From the IMG/VR virus record IMGVR_UViG_3300020460_001007: a stretch of DNA of 64,000 bases. The stretch is one strand, 5' to 3'. The notes beneath the pieces were generated by a model that did no database searches, was not told where the DNA came from, and saw only the letters and a list, made by a program, of their open reading frames with translations. The translations under genes were made by a program, and so were the position numbers. Positions 30,868 to 40,283 of this stretch are shown in pieces. Within the stretch, counting starts at the first letter, position 1. Every line of letters begins with the position of its first letter. Origin of the DNA: an uncultured virus (IMG/VR IMGVR_UViG_3300020460_001007) (Duplodnaviria; Heunggongvirae; Uroviricota; Caudoviricetes).

Positions 30868-32259
30868 TTATCTCCCTGCAAAGTCATCCATCTTAAACTT
30901 CGTCTTAAATGCTTTGTTGATGTCATCAAGAAACTTTTGATCGTGTGGAGCAGTAACTTCACCCCAATCCAAATCACCATCCCACGTTTCAAACGAACCA
31001 TCACGCAACATGGCAACAGACATAAGTGTTCCGTTATCAACCATGAAAGCAGCCCCATACTTTTCCATAGGAATCATTTTGCTTTTCTTTGCTTCTTCAA
31101 TTGGTTCTTCGGTTGATTCGTTCTTTTGTGCCTTCTTAAGTGCCTTTTCCAAATCCTTTACATCCTTCTTTGCTTGTTGGAGGTGCATACTTCTTATGGC
31201 AATCAAACTATTCTTTCTTGATTTATTGAGTTTTGCTTGCCACCACTCAACGTCTTTTTTCTTTTGTTCAAGTCGGTCCTGTAAATCCACAACATTATCA
31301 GGAATGTTTACATCTGCCTTTTCCATTAATCTAGTCAAATATTGTTTTACAAGATCTCTAAGTTTTGTTTCCTGTTCAACAAATACATTACCACTATATC
31401 TGTCGGATTTTAATTTGTATTTTCTTACGATACTTGAAATAACCGGAGCAGACGCATCAAAGTGTTTGTTTGTTTCCTTAAAGAATGCAACAAGTGCTTC
31501 CTTCCCTTTTAAATCTAAATTCTTTTTAAGTGCCGACTTAATTGCATCACCACCCTTGATAACTTGTAAACTAACAGGGTTGGCATTTGAACCAGTATTC
31601 TTTTTTATTCTGTCCAATAAACCGATAACAGTACTTCCTATTGCAACAATCAGGGTTTTCATTTCGAGGTCTTCCAGATTTGCAGGAAGAATACGAGCAT
31701 TAAACTTTTCATCCAACCTCGGTTTTAAACTTTTTTCCGTCTCTTCCATAGAATACATCTTATATGCCTTCCATGTTTCAAATCGGCCTGCATCCTTTCC
31801 ATTCACTTCACCACGGGTTACCCATGTAAATCTCATTGTGTTTTCTTCTGGATCGAGGTCTGAATATTTCTTTTGTGCGTCCTTGAGGTTCTTAAACACT
31901 TCAACTCCACTACCGTTACCAGTAATTCTTCCGTTCTTTACACCAACCACTTGAACAGGCATATTGGGTTTGTACCCCTGCCATTCTTCTTCAATGGGAG
32001 ATTTTTCTTCACTAATAGACTTATACATTTTCATATAGGTTTTTCCGTTTGCTGAATCTAAAACAAATGTATGAAACATTGCTTCAAGTCCAATGTTCTG
32101 CTCACCCGATGAACCCTTTGCGAAATTATCTTGATAAAAAAAGTTTAAAAATTTGTCCTTCTTTATCAATTTCCGCATTTTTTTCTCATCAAACTCGGGC
32201 TTGCCTTCCACAAGTCTTTCATGGGAATCGGAGTCTACACAGCTCAATTCAGATTTCAT
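30868..32259 (-). CDS. Multi-module, probably head-internal protein
   Basis: Short modules separated by LVE/ISEE/IEE/LDE/LME sites; TATTTAT upstream. Confidence 0.55.
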   Translation of the reverse strand: MKSELSCVDSDSHERLVEGKPEFDEKKMRKLIKKDKFLNFFYQDNFAKGSSGEQNIGLEAMFHTFVLDSANGKTYMKMYKSISEEKSPIEEEWQGYKPNMPVQVVGVKNGRITGNGSGVEVFKNLKDAQKKYSDLDPEENTMRFTWVTRGEVNGKDAGRFETWKAYKMYSMEETEKSLKPRLDEKFNARILPANLEDLEMKTLIVAIGSTVIGLLDRIKKNTGSNANPVSLQVIKGGDAIKSALKKNLDLKGKEALVAFFKETNKHFDASAPVISSIVRKYKLKSDRYSGNVFVEQETKLRDLVKQYLTRLMEKADVNIPDNVVDLQDRLEQKKKDVEWWQAKLNKSRKNSLIAIRSMHLQQAKKDVKDLEKALKKAQKNESTEEPIEEAKKSKMIPMEKYGAAFMVDNGTLMSVAMLRDGSFETWDGDLDWGEVTAPHDQKFLDDINKAFKTKFKMDDFAGR

Positions 32260-32303
32260 ATTACAAATAAATATATATCAAAACTTAATTTGCATAGAAA
32301 AAC

Positions 32304-32489
32304 TCAAGGTTTATAATAAACACTTGCAGTTACCATAAGTTGTTTTCCGTTGAAAGACTCGGTTGTAACGTTTCTCCCACTTGAACTTGCAATGATTTTT
32401 GTTTTACCACTGGTGGAGTCCTTTGGTTCTTTTTCTATAGGCAAACGAATGATAACTTCATTGGTTTCTTTGTCTATTTCTACTTTCAT
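32304..32489 (-). CDS. Small hypothetical protein
   Basis: 61 aa, STSGKTKIIASSSG motif. Confidence 0.65.
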   Translation of the reverse strand: MKVEIDKETNEVIIRLPIEKEPKDSTSGKTKIIASSSGRNVTTESFNGKQLMVTASVYYKP

Positions 32490-32508
32490 AATAATGTTCC
32501 GTTAAAAT

Positions 32509-32584
32509 TGGTGGAGCTGAACGGGATCGAACCGATGACCTTCTGAATGCAAATCAGATGCTCTTCCAGCTGAGCTACAGCCCC
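32509..32584 (-). tRNA. tRNA-Ala(TGC)
   Basis: GGGGCTG..TCTGA TT TGC AT TCAGA..TTCGATC..CAGCTCC A CCA. Confidence 0.95.
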
Positions 32585-32655
32585 AATTAAAAATATACGT
32601 ATATATACTCATTAAATATACATATACATTTATATAAAAAATGATAAAAGGTGAA

Positions 32656-33387
32656 TTAACCTTTTTGTCGGTTGCCTATTGCATTACCATAAGACCTACC
32701 CATTGCAAGTAGTGTTTTGATGTCTAGTGGTATATAAAGTGCTGACAACTTTAATGGTGGGTTGGCAAGCATTGCTTGTCCATACCGATGGTGTCCGTCT
32801 AATATATAACCCTCTTGTGAGGAAATTACAGATGCTTTTGTGAGAGGAGAACCATTTTGTGGTACACCAAATTGAATGATATTACCCACCAACTTTTCCA
32901 ACCAAATTTGACTTTGGGTAGGTTTTAAATTCTTTGCAGGAAACTTTGTCCACTTTCCTTTGATAACATCATCCTTTTTGTTTCCGTCCTTCGTTCCCAA
33001 CGTAACCCACTCCTTACCTTGCTTTTTGTCTAAATCTTTTGGGAATCTCTTACTAAAGTTATCAATCTTATATGGACGAAAAATATCAATTTTCCCAAGA
33101 GCAAGTTGCTTTGTAAACTTTTTCATATCCTTTGGTTCGATTACAGGCATATCAATTCTTGGAATGTCTAATGCGGAATTACAGGCCTTCTGTAAGTTCA
33201 TGTAGTTTTTATCAAAGTCCGGAATGACCTCATCCAACGATTTTCCCGCATTGTTGAATTCAGTTTCCGCATAATCTCTTGCCTTATCAAGATTAAGACT
33301 GGCCACATTATATTTGAACCCACCTTCTTCAGAAAGAAGTTCGGAGATACAAGTCTGAATTATTTCTTTTAGTTTTGCAGTTTCCAT
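32656..33387 (-). CDS. ParB/Srx-like domain protein with processed-type leader
   Basis: LKPTQSQI..ILDGHHR; N-terminus KLKEIIQTCISELLSEE. Confidence 0.7.
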   Translation of the reverse strand: METAKLKEIIQTCISELLSEEGGFKYNVASLNLDKARDYAETEFNNAGKSLDEVIPDFDKNYMNLQKACNSALDIPRIDMPVIEPKDMKKFTKQLALGKIDIFRPYKIDNFSKRFPKDLDKKQGKEWVTLGTKDGNKKDDVIKGKWTKFPAKNLKPTQSQIWLEKLVGNIIQFGVPQNGSPLTKASVISSQEGYILDGHHRYGQAMLANPPLKLSALYIPLDIKTLLAMGRSYGNAIGNRQKG

Positions 33388-33424
33388 GCGAATATATAAA
33401 TATAAACATATAAGAAAAAAAAAA

Positions 33425-33513
33425 TGGCGGAGAGGACAGGATTCGAACCTGCGGTTGTATTACACAACACAACATTTCCAATGTTGCACATTAAACCACT
33501 CTGTCACCTCTCC
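33425..33513 (-). tRNA. tRNA-Ser(GGA)
   Basis: GGAGAGG acceptor, CAACA TT GGA AA TGTTG, long variable arm, G73, CCA. Confidence 0.93.
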
Positions 33514-33517
33514 AAAA

Positions 33518-33592
33518 TGGATGCAGAGATGGGATTTGAACCCATGACCTTCAGCTTATGAGGCTGACGAGCTACCACTGCTCCACTCTGCA
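33518..33592 (-). tRNA. tRNA-Met(CAT), initiator-like D arm
   Basis: TGCAGAG TG GAGC AGTGGTA GCTC G TCAGC CT CAT AA GCTGA..CCA. Confidence 0.9.
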
Positions 33593-33598
33593 ATAAAA

Positions 33599-33675
33599 TG
33601 GCGGGATAGACGAGACTTGAACTCGCAACCTCCGGCGTGACAGGCCGGCACTCTAACCGATTGAGCTACTACCCC
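33599..33675 (-). tRNA. tRNA-Asp(GTC)
   Basis: CCGGC CT GTC AC GCCGG; G73, CCA. Confidence 0.95.
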
Positions 33676-33682
33676 GAAAAAA

Positions 33683-33772
33683 TGGCGGAGGATGCAGGAT
33701 TCGAACCTGCGGAACCCGTAAGAGTTCAATGGTTTTCAAGACCACCGCCTTAAACCACTCAGCCAATCCTCC
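33683..33772 (-). tRNA. tRNA-Ser(TGA)
   Basis: GTGGT CT TGA AA ACCAT, long variable arm, G73, CCA. Confidence 0.95.
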
Positions 33773-33777
33773 GTAAA

Positions 33778-33854
<77 letters not shown>

Positions 33855-33861
33855 AAAAAAA

Positions 33862-33926
33862 TGACGGGTTGGGTGGGACTCGTTCCACCGCATAAATGTT
33901 TAGGAACTATCAAACACACCCAACCC
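33862..33926 (-). ncRNA. tRNA-like structured element with no D arm or canonical anticodon arm
   Basis: GGGTTGG/CCAACCC acceptor-like stem, T-arm-like GTGG AACGAGTC CCAC, ends G-TCA where neighbours end N-CCA. Confidence 0.5.
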
Positions 33927-33948
33927 TATTTGTTATCCGGGAACAAAG

Positions 33949-34025
33949 TGGCCTCCTCACGGAGATTCGAACTCCGGTTGCATGGATGAAAACCATGTGT
34001 CCTAACCTGACTAGACGATGAGGAG
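33949..34025 (-). tRNA. tRNA-Glu(TTC)
   Basis: CATGG TT TTC AT CCATG; CCA. Confidence 0.95.
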
Positions 34026-34040
34026 AAAAGATTGAAGGTT

Positions 34041-34118
34041 TGGGGAGATTGACGAGACTTGAACTCGCAATCCTCGATACCACAAACCGATGCTTTAACC
34101 AATTAAGCTACAATCTCC
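34041..34118 (-). tRNA. tRNA-His(GTG)
   Basis: TCGGT TT GTG GT ATCGA; encoded G-1 pairs with C73; CCA. Confidence 0.95.
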
Positions 34119-34131
34119 ATAAAATAAAAAC

Positions 34132-34209
34132 TGGTCGGGATAGCAGGATTCGAACCTGCGACCCTTCGCTCCCAAAGCGAATGCGCTAGCCAGACTGCGC
34201 TATATCCCG
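34132..34209 (-). tRNA. tRNA-Pro(TGG)
   Basis: CGGGATA acceptor; TTCGC TT TGG GA GCGAA; CCA. Confidence 0.95.
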
Positions 34210-34243
34210 AACCATAAATACATACATATATAAATATACTATA

Positions 34244-34320
<77 letters not shown>

Positions 34321-34326
34321 AAAAAA

Positions 34327-34402
34327 TGGAGCCACTTGTCAGGATCGAACTGACGACATCCTCATTACAAGTGAGGTGCTCTACCATCTGAGCTAAAGTG
34401 GC
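34327..34402 (-). tRNA. tRNA-Thr(TGT)
   Basis: CCTCA CT TGT AA TGAGG; CCA. Confidence 0.95.
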
Positions 34403-34416
34403 ATAAAAATTGTTTA

Positions 34417-34491
34417 TGGAGCATCGGACAGGATTCGAACCTGCATGATAGGGATTTGCAGTCCCTTGCGTCACCATTCCGCCACCGATGC
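34417..34491 (-). tRNA. tRNA-Cys(GCA)
   Basis: AGGGA CT GCA AA TCCCT; U73, CCA. Confidence 0.93.
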
Positions 34492-34592
34492 GTGAAAGAA
34501 ACGTTTTGCCCCTCTCATTAAATATGGTTTGGACACCCCTTATTGGACGTTATGCCTATGTTCCCTACATAGGAAGAATTAATTGTGACACC

Positions 34593-34621
34593 ACTATACT
34601 TGTTATTATAAGAAATGTCAA
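34593..34621 (-). promoter_or_regulatory. Sigma70-type promoter of the tRNA operon
   Basis: TTGACA-17 nt-TATAGT on the minus strand. Confidence 0.8.
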
Positions 34622-34624
34622 CAA

Positions 34625-35233
34625 TTAAAAAGAAGAATTTTTGAATAAGAATGGTTTCCACTCTTCACGCACCGTATTGCCCACCTCATAAAAGGGTTTG
34701 GGTGGAGATGCCTTGAGAATATCACCCTTGTAATCGTAATAAGGAAAAATACTTCCCTTTCTAGAATTACACTTTACGCAAGTCAATGTAAGATTGAAAT
34801 AATCGTTGTCACCACCCTTGCTTTTGGGTTTGATGTGTTCAATCGTCAATTTGCCTTGAGGAAAGTGGTTTCCGCATATTTGACACTTTCCCTCATACTT
34901 CTTGTACAAATATTTTAAAGACGGTTTCCTCTTGGTATTGTATGTGAAGTTTGCAGTTGTCAGCAAAATGGTTGGAACTGGTATAACATGATTTACCGAA
35001 CGAACAAATGGTTGGTTGGGATAAAACCCATGCTTATATTCAACCCAAGTATCCCAATCACACGTAGTTCCGTCACTGGCAACGGCCATTACCTTGGGTC
35101 TTGTTTTGTGGTATCTTTCTTTAGCACCCATCAACTTTTTCAGACCTTCCTTAACCGAAGTGACGTTCAACGGAGTCCAATAATGGGTTAACAGAAGAAC
35201 CAAATTCTCGGATGTACTTACATATTGATACAT
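34625..35233 (-). CDS. HNH endonuclease
   Basis: CQICG..LTIEHIKPKSKGG..N..LTCVKCNSRKG. Confidence 0.9.
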   Translation of the reverse strand: MYQYVSTSENLVLLLTHYWTPLNVTSVKEGLKKLMGAKERYHKTRPKVMAVASDGTTCDWDTWVEYKHGFYPNQPFVRSVNHVIPVPTILLTTANFTYNTKRKPSLKYLYKKYEGKCQICGNHFPQGKLTIEHIKPKSKGGDNDYFNLTLTCVKCNSRKGSIFPYYDYKGDILKASPPKPFYEVGNTVREEWKPFLFKNSSF

Positions 35234-35311
35234 AAATGTTGACTTAAATGATAAAATTATTTAATATGTGATATATTATATATATTAAACTAATTTGAAA
35301 GGTTATACAAT

Positions 35312-35734
35312 ATGAATATACAGGAGAATCAAAAAAAATATGGGGTGCAGATTGTACTTGAGTTGATTGGTGGTTCAAAGTTATTTTACGATGAATACGT
35401 AAAAGCATACCCCACAAATCTTGCAAATGCCATGAGTTTCGCAAAGAATCCAAATTGCACTTGCCGAAACGCACTGATAAAACACTACAACGAAAATAAA
35501 AAAGAGGTGGATGACTTTACAATTAAATTTTTAGAAGTACATCCCTCCGAATTGGCAATTGACCAATTTCTACAAAAACACGCAAACAAAAATGTAGTTG
35601 GAACTATTGTAAAAATCGACAAAAGTCCAGAGGCATTTAAGGACATTACAAACAAAATGCAAGCAGAGAAGTGGGTATTTAGACAAATGTCCGTTGCAGT
35701 AGAAGGTGACAATTACGTATTATTTTTCGTATAA
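35312..35734 (+). CDS. Hypothetical protein
   Basis: 140 aa with NPNCTC; coupled to the next gene (TAATG). Confidence 0.7.
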   Translation: MNIQENQKKYGVQIVLELIGGSKLFYDEYVKAYPTNLANAMSFAKNPNCTCRNALIKHYNENKKEVDDFTIKFLEVHPSELAIDQFLQKHANKNVVGTIVKIDKSPEAFKDITNKMQAEKWVFRQMSVAVEGDNYVLFFV

Positions 35735-36021
35735 TGCTATTCGATTTAATATATTTTTTATTCTTATCCGTATCAGTGTCGTATATGTACAGTTTTGCGG
35801 ATATATTTCTTTCCGTCCGAAATATGGTTGCAAGAATACCATACATCAGAGTACCACTTCTATGTCCAGAGTGTAGTAGTTTTTGGTTTGGATTGGCAGT
35901 CAGTTTTCTATACAACCCGGTCGTATTGGACATAACCACTCCATATCTATCAAACATAATGTGTGGACTGGTAACCCACCTTGTTGCATGTGGACTGTAT
36001 AGAAATGAGATTTTAAAATAA
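35734..36021 (+). CDS. Small membrane protein with CxxC..FW motif (DUF1360-like)
   Basis: Hydrophobic segments and LLCPECSSFWFG. Confidence 0.6.
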   Translation: MLFDLIYFLFLSVSVSYMYSFADIFLSVRNMVARIPYIRVPLLCPECSSFWFGLAVSFLYNPVVLDITTPYLSNIMCGLVTHLVACGLYRNEILK

Positions 36022-36094
36022 TTTTTATCTTGAATCTCACAGAATATACTATAATATACTTTATTTAAATTAACCCTAACTAAAAGGATTAGAT

Positions 36095-36283
36095 ATGAGC
36101 AAAACACAAGAACTATATGAACAAATCAAATCTCTATATGAAGCATTTGACGAAAACCACACAAAGAACGCAGAATCTGGAACTAAAGCATCAGGTACAC
36201 GGGCCCGCAAGGCAATTGGTGAGATTAAAAAACTGGCAACGGTTTACCGCAAGGCTTCAGTAGAAGAGTCAAAAAGCAGTTGA
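36095..36283 (+). CDS. Hc1/histone-H1-like small basic protein
   Basis: GTKASGTRARKA..EIKKL...YRKAS signature. Confidence 0.7.
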   Translation: MSKTQELYEQIKSLYEAFDENHTKNAESGTKASGTRARKAIGEIKKLATVYRKASVEESKSS

Positions 36284-36308
36284 CACTCTATTAAAATTAT
36301 AATATAAT
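36280..36308 (+). promoter_or_regulatory. Consensus sigma70 promoter
   Basis: TTGACA-17 nt-TATAAT, then AAGGAG before ATG 36345. Confidence 0.85.
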
Positions 36309-36344
36309 CATAGTATTATTAAATAAATAAAAGGAGAGTCTACA

Positions 36345-36602
36345 ATGACAGAAACTAATAACAATTCTACAAAACAAAATATTAAGGTTGAAACGGAAGT
36401 TTCAAAAAAGAAAAAACTAGTGGTAAACTGGCCTAAAGGAAAATTCAGCATCGCTGATCTTGAAAAGTCACATCCCACTGCCGTACCGATTACACTTAGA
36501 TTTAGAGTGAAAAAGGGTCTTGAAAATGGTACTATCCGACAATCTGGAAAGATTGAAGGAGAAATCGGAAGACCAACCTTACTTTTTGAAACTGTACGAT
36601 AA
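36345..36602 (+). CDS. Winged-helix-like small protein
   Basis: FSIADL..ITLRFRVKKGLENG.I..GRPTLLF. Confidence 0.6.
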   Translation: MTETNNNSTKQNIKVETEVSKKKKLVVNWPKGKFSIADLEKSHPTAVPITLRFRVKKGLENGTIRQSGKIEGEIGRPTLLFETVR

Positions 36603-36829
36603 TGTCCAAATTATATTATGAATATGAAATTCGTGATATATCAAGCAATACGGTAATCAATACTATATATGTTCCTGAGAATACAGACACGAAAGGTTGG
36701 ATTTTGGGAACATGGTATATTGCAGAATCTGCCGACAAACCACGTTTGCAGATAAAAGCAAAAGATAATTCAAAAATAGCGACACTCATAAAAACCCATG
36801 TAGACATTGAGGATGGGGATTTATTTTAA
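36602..36829 (+). CDS. Hypothetical protein
   Basis: Coupled (TAATG) 75-aa ORF. Confidence 0.65.
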   Translation: MSKLYYEYEIRDISSNTVINTIYVPENTDTKGWILGTWYIAESADKPRLQIKAKDNSKIATLIKTHVDIEDGDLF

Positions 36830-36863
36830 TAAAATATGCTATATGTATATATTTATATAAGTT

Positions 36864-37610
36864 ATGGCAACATTTGAATCACTAGAAGACAGTTTTCTTA
36901 AAAAGTCCTCGGAGCAGATAACAACTGACTTCCAGGCATCCGAGAAACATAGACAAGAAGCACTTGCGAATCAAACTCGGGACGAGGATAAGTACGAAAA
37001 TATTATCAAGAAAAAAAATGTAAAGATGGGACTTGCGGCTATGCTTGAGCAAAAAATAAAATCAAGTCGTGAAGTTGCATCAAACACCGATCAGGATGCG
37101 GGTGAGGAAGATACAACAGTGTTCTTCTCAACGGAATCTGTTAGGTATGAAGATGTGGTGGCAATTCCACAAACAGAAGTTTCCGAGGAGGATATTCAAC
37201 GATTCTACCCACATGAAAAGTACACGGACGTATATTCTGCACCTGAAACTGCAATAAAGGATGATGTTAGATTTGAAGATGGAAATAAATATGGAGATAT
37301 GCTCCAGAATTTTGAACCAAATACTGCAACCGCAGATGATATTCCAGACGGAAGAAGTGTAAGTAGCATATCCGCACCAGGTGAACCGAGCATGAATCCA
37401 GATAAAGATGAAGTGCTACACCACATCCATCAACATAATCTTAAAAAATCTGGTGACGGTTTGGGTCCAACGGAAAAACCAACATTTGAAGAAACCATCC
37501 TCGATGAAGAAACTTACCTTGGAAGTGCAGGCAGGCGGCCCGAGGAAACCACACCACAGGCAGACATACCACAACAAACCGAAGGTACTGCCGAAGACCA
37601 AACAAGTTGA
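36864..37610 (+). CDS. Acidic, probably disordered hypothetical protein
   Basis: E/D-rich 248 aa; TATTTAT upstream. Confidence 0.7.
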   Translation: MATFESLEDSFLKKSSEQITTDFQASEKHRQEALANQTRDEDKYENIIKKKNVKMGLAAMLEQKIKSSREVASNTDQDAGEEDTTVFFSTESVRYEDVVAIPQTEVSEEDIQRFYPHEKYTDVYSAPETAIKDDVRFEDGNKYGDMLQNFEPNTATADDIPDGRSVSSISAPGEPSMNPDKDEVLHHIHQHNLKKSGDGLGPTEKPTFEETILDEETYLGSAGRRPEETTPQADIPQQTEGTAEDQTS

Positions 37611-38828
37611 ATGCTAAAAGAGCATTTTAAAAAGTTCTACGACATGAAACCATATCTCCTCATTGAAGAGGATGAATGGAAAGACATCATGCAGAAGTAT
37701 GAAAAGGAAGATGTTGTAGAAGAACTCGCAAAGGTATTACATACTTACCCTGCACCGGTTCCCGAAATAAGTGACAAACAAACACTTCATAGTTTAAACA
37801 AGTTAAAGGGAATTCGTTGGAACGATGTTCTTGTTGAGAAGAAATGGTTTCCACGGAATGAACGCAAGTCCAACTACCACCTAAACTACAACGATTCTCA
37901 GTTTCTGTTGAAAAGAAACAATTCAGGTAATAACGCATCCAATCCATTTCATGTGGAAAATCGTTGGAAGGTGGATTGGACGAGAACTCCAAGTGGATGG
38001 AAAACTTGGCAAACGATAAGAGGCATCAAGACAATAGTTCGTGCATATTGGACATTGGACGAAGTTCTTAATCGTGTTGATATCAACACACTCCGTATGG
38101 CAACGACTCTTAGAAAGTATGTCGCATCACAATTCAAACCTGCGGTTGCAAAAGCATTTTACGACTATTTCAAAAGTGAAAACGTATTGGACTTTAGTGC
38201 AGGATGGGGAGATAGACTTGCTGGGTTCTATACGGGTGAAACCACCAAGCATTACGTGGGTGTTGATCCCAATAGCAATAACCACCCCAATTACAAAAAA
38301 CAAGTTGAGTTCTATAAAAAATACTCAACTTTCTTTGAACAAGATAGAGAAGTTGAAATGATTGATAGTCCAGCAGAGGATGCAGACTATTCCAAATATG
38401 AAAACTTCTTTGACACCATTTTTACAAGTCCACCTTATTTTAATACAGAGAAATATACAGAGGACGATACTCAATCGTGGGTTCGTTACAAGAAAATTGA
38501 CGAGTGGAACGAAAAGTTCCTCCACGCAACGATTGAAAAACTTATTCCCACGTTAAAGTCTGGAGGAATTCTTGCAGTCAATATTGCAGACGTATTCAAT
38601 GCTCCCATCAACGACTATGTTGAAATTACAAATCCAATGAACGACTTTATTAAATCACAGGGATTGACATATCGTGGTTGCATCGGAATGGAGATGACCA
38701 AACGATTCAATTCGGGTGGAGCAGGAAATGCCAAGAGTGAATATTTTTCGGAAGACCTAAAAGAAATTACCGAAGAAACAAAAGACATCGCATTTGCAGA
38801 ACCAATCTGGATATGGGAAAAACCTTAA
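37611..38828 (+). CDS. Amino DNA methyltransferase, T4-like phage type
   Basis: LDFSAGWGDR, VDPN, FTSPPYF, NIAD, EPIW. Confidence 0.8.
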   Translation: MLKEHFKKFYDMKPYLLIEEDEWKDIMQKYEKEDVVEELAKVLHTYPAPVPEISDKQTLHSLNKLKGIRWNDVLVEKKWFPRNERKSNYHLNYNDSQFLLKRNNSGNNASNPFHVENRWKVDWTRTPSGWKTWQTIRGIKTIVRAYWTLDEVLNRVDINTLRMATTLRKYVASQFKPAVAKAFYDYFKSENVLDFSAGWGDRLAGFYTGETTKHYVGVDPNSNNHPNYKKQVEFYKKYSTFFEQDREVEMIDSPAEDADYSKYENFFDTIFTSPPYFNTEKYTEDDTQSWVRYKKIDEWNEKFLHATIEKLIPTLKSGGILAVNIADVFNAPINDYVEITNPMNDFIKSQGLTYRGCIGMEMTKRFNSGGAGNAKSEYFSEDLKEITEETKDIAFAEPIWIWEKP

Positions 38829-39949
38829 ATTATTCAGTATTCAAAGATGAAGACGTTGCACTTGTTAAGAACGCATCGTCAAAGAATACACAAAGTCGTT
38901 ATTGCAAATTGATGCAAGACTTTGATGTAGACCACACAAATCAGAATTGGTACGAGGTTGACACACAAAAACACCAAAGCAAAAAATCATATAACTTTGT
39001 CGACTTGTTTGCAGGTGGAGGTGGATTTTCAAAAGGAGTAACTTCCGCAAAATACAATAAAATTCTTAGTGTTGAGATGGACAAGGATGCGTCAGCAACT
39101 CTACGCAATAACTTCCCAAACTCATTACACTACGAAGGTTTGATTGAAAATCTAAGTACGGATATGTTAGACGAATATATACAAAACCAAAAAGTCCATG
39201 CGGTGTTCGGAGGACCACCATGCCAAGGATTTTCGGTTGCAGGACTCCGTGACCCAAATGACCCTCGCAACAAATTGTGGAAAGAATATATACGTATTGT
39301 TGAATATATAAAGCCAGACTTTTTGATAATGGAAAATGTTCCTGGAATGCTCACGTCGCAAAATGGAGAGGTGTATAAAGAAATACTTAAACAACTATCA
39401 GACATCGGTTATCCAAATACAAGCATCCGAATTCTTGAAGTTGCCAAGTACAATGTCCCTCAACTTAGAACAAGAGCAATTTTCATTGGAAATCGTCACG
39501 GTGTAAAGAATCCATACCCACAACCATTCTTAAACGAGAGTGAATACCAACCGATTGAGAGTGCAATACAAGATTTAGCAATCATTCCATTTGATTCATC
39601 TTGGAATCACGAAGGAACTAAACACTCTGCCGAAATGACAAAACGACTTTCTAAAATTAAACCAGGTGGTTCTTTGTATGAATCGTTTCGTGATTCTTGG
39701 AAACGACAAAGAAAGGGAGTTCCGTGCATGACAATAAAAGAAAACCACGGTGGAGTTCATGTCCACTACGACTTGAACCGAGTATTGACTGCACGTGAAA
39801 TGGCAAGACTCCAAACATTTCCAGATGACTATATTTTCAGTGGAACATTCAAACGAGCATATTGGCAAATCGGAAACGCAGTCCCTTGTAAATTTGCGGA
39901 ACACCTTGCATATGCAGTTTCAAATGGTCTTGACAATTTCGGACTATAA
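38813..39949 (+). CDS. C5-cytosine DNA methyltransferase
   Basis: DLFAGGGG, GGPPCQGFS, ENV, QLRTR, REMARLQTFPD, IGNAVP. Confidence 0.95.
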   Translation: MGKTLNYSVFKDEDVALVKNASSKNTQSRYCKLMQDFDVDHTNQNWYEVDTQKHQSKKSYNFVDLFAGGGGFSKGVTSAKYNKILSVEMDKDASATLRNNFPNSLHYEGLIENLSTDMLDEYIQNQKVHAVFGGPPCQGFSVAGLRDPNDPRNKLWKEYIRIVEYIKPDFLIMENVPGMLTSQNGEVYKEILKQLSDIGYPNTSIRILEVAKYNVPQLRTRAIFIGNRHGVKNPYPQPFLNESEYQPIESAIQDLAIIPFDSSWNHEGTKHSAEMTKRLSKIKPGGSLYESFRDSWKRQRKGVPCMTIKENHGGVHVHYDLNRVLTAREMARLQTFPDDYIFSGTFKRAYWQIGNAVPCKFAEHLAYAVSNGLDNFGL

Positions 39950-39992
39950 TATATATTTATACATATACATAAACTCAAACACACAAATAAAA

Positions 39993-40283
39993 ATGGAATC
40001 AGAAGAAAATACGATGGAAACGGAATCACTTGAGTTCCTGGCAAACTGCTCAGTTGATGACTTTGTTGCCTTATACGAACACATGACTCTTTGTAAGTTA
40101 GAAGAGGTACAAGATGATACATTGGAATTAAAATATAAAATCACAGAGTCAGACGGTGACCCGGCCGAATGTGGCACAATAGTTTCTTTTGATAAAATGG
40201 TTGAGGGAGTGGAAGCAGTTTTTGGAATGACGTTTGACGATTTAAAATTGCTTCATGAGAAAATTTCGGAAATTAGAAAGTGA
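39993..40283 (+). CDS. Acidic hypothetical protein
   Basis: Start moved to ATG 39993 after an AT-rich spacer. Confidence 0.65.
   Translation: MESEENTMETESLEFLANCSVDDFVALYEHMTLCKLEEVQDDTLELKYKITESDGDPAECGTIVSFDKMVEGVEAVFGMTFDDLKLLHEKISEIRK

Noticed and set aside
31010..31954. Long plus-strand antisense ORF (314 aa), and similar ones such as 17272..17928
   Set aside because: Phe/Ser/Leu-rich mirror of Lys/Glu-rich genes on the other strand, with no independent signals.
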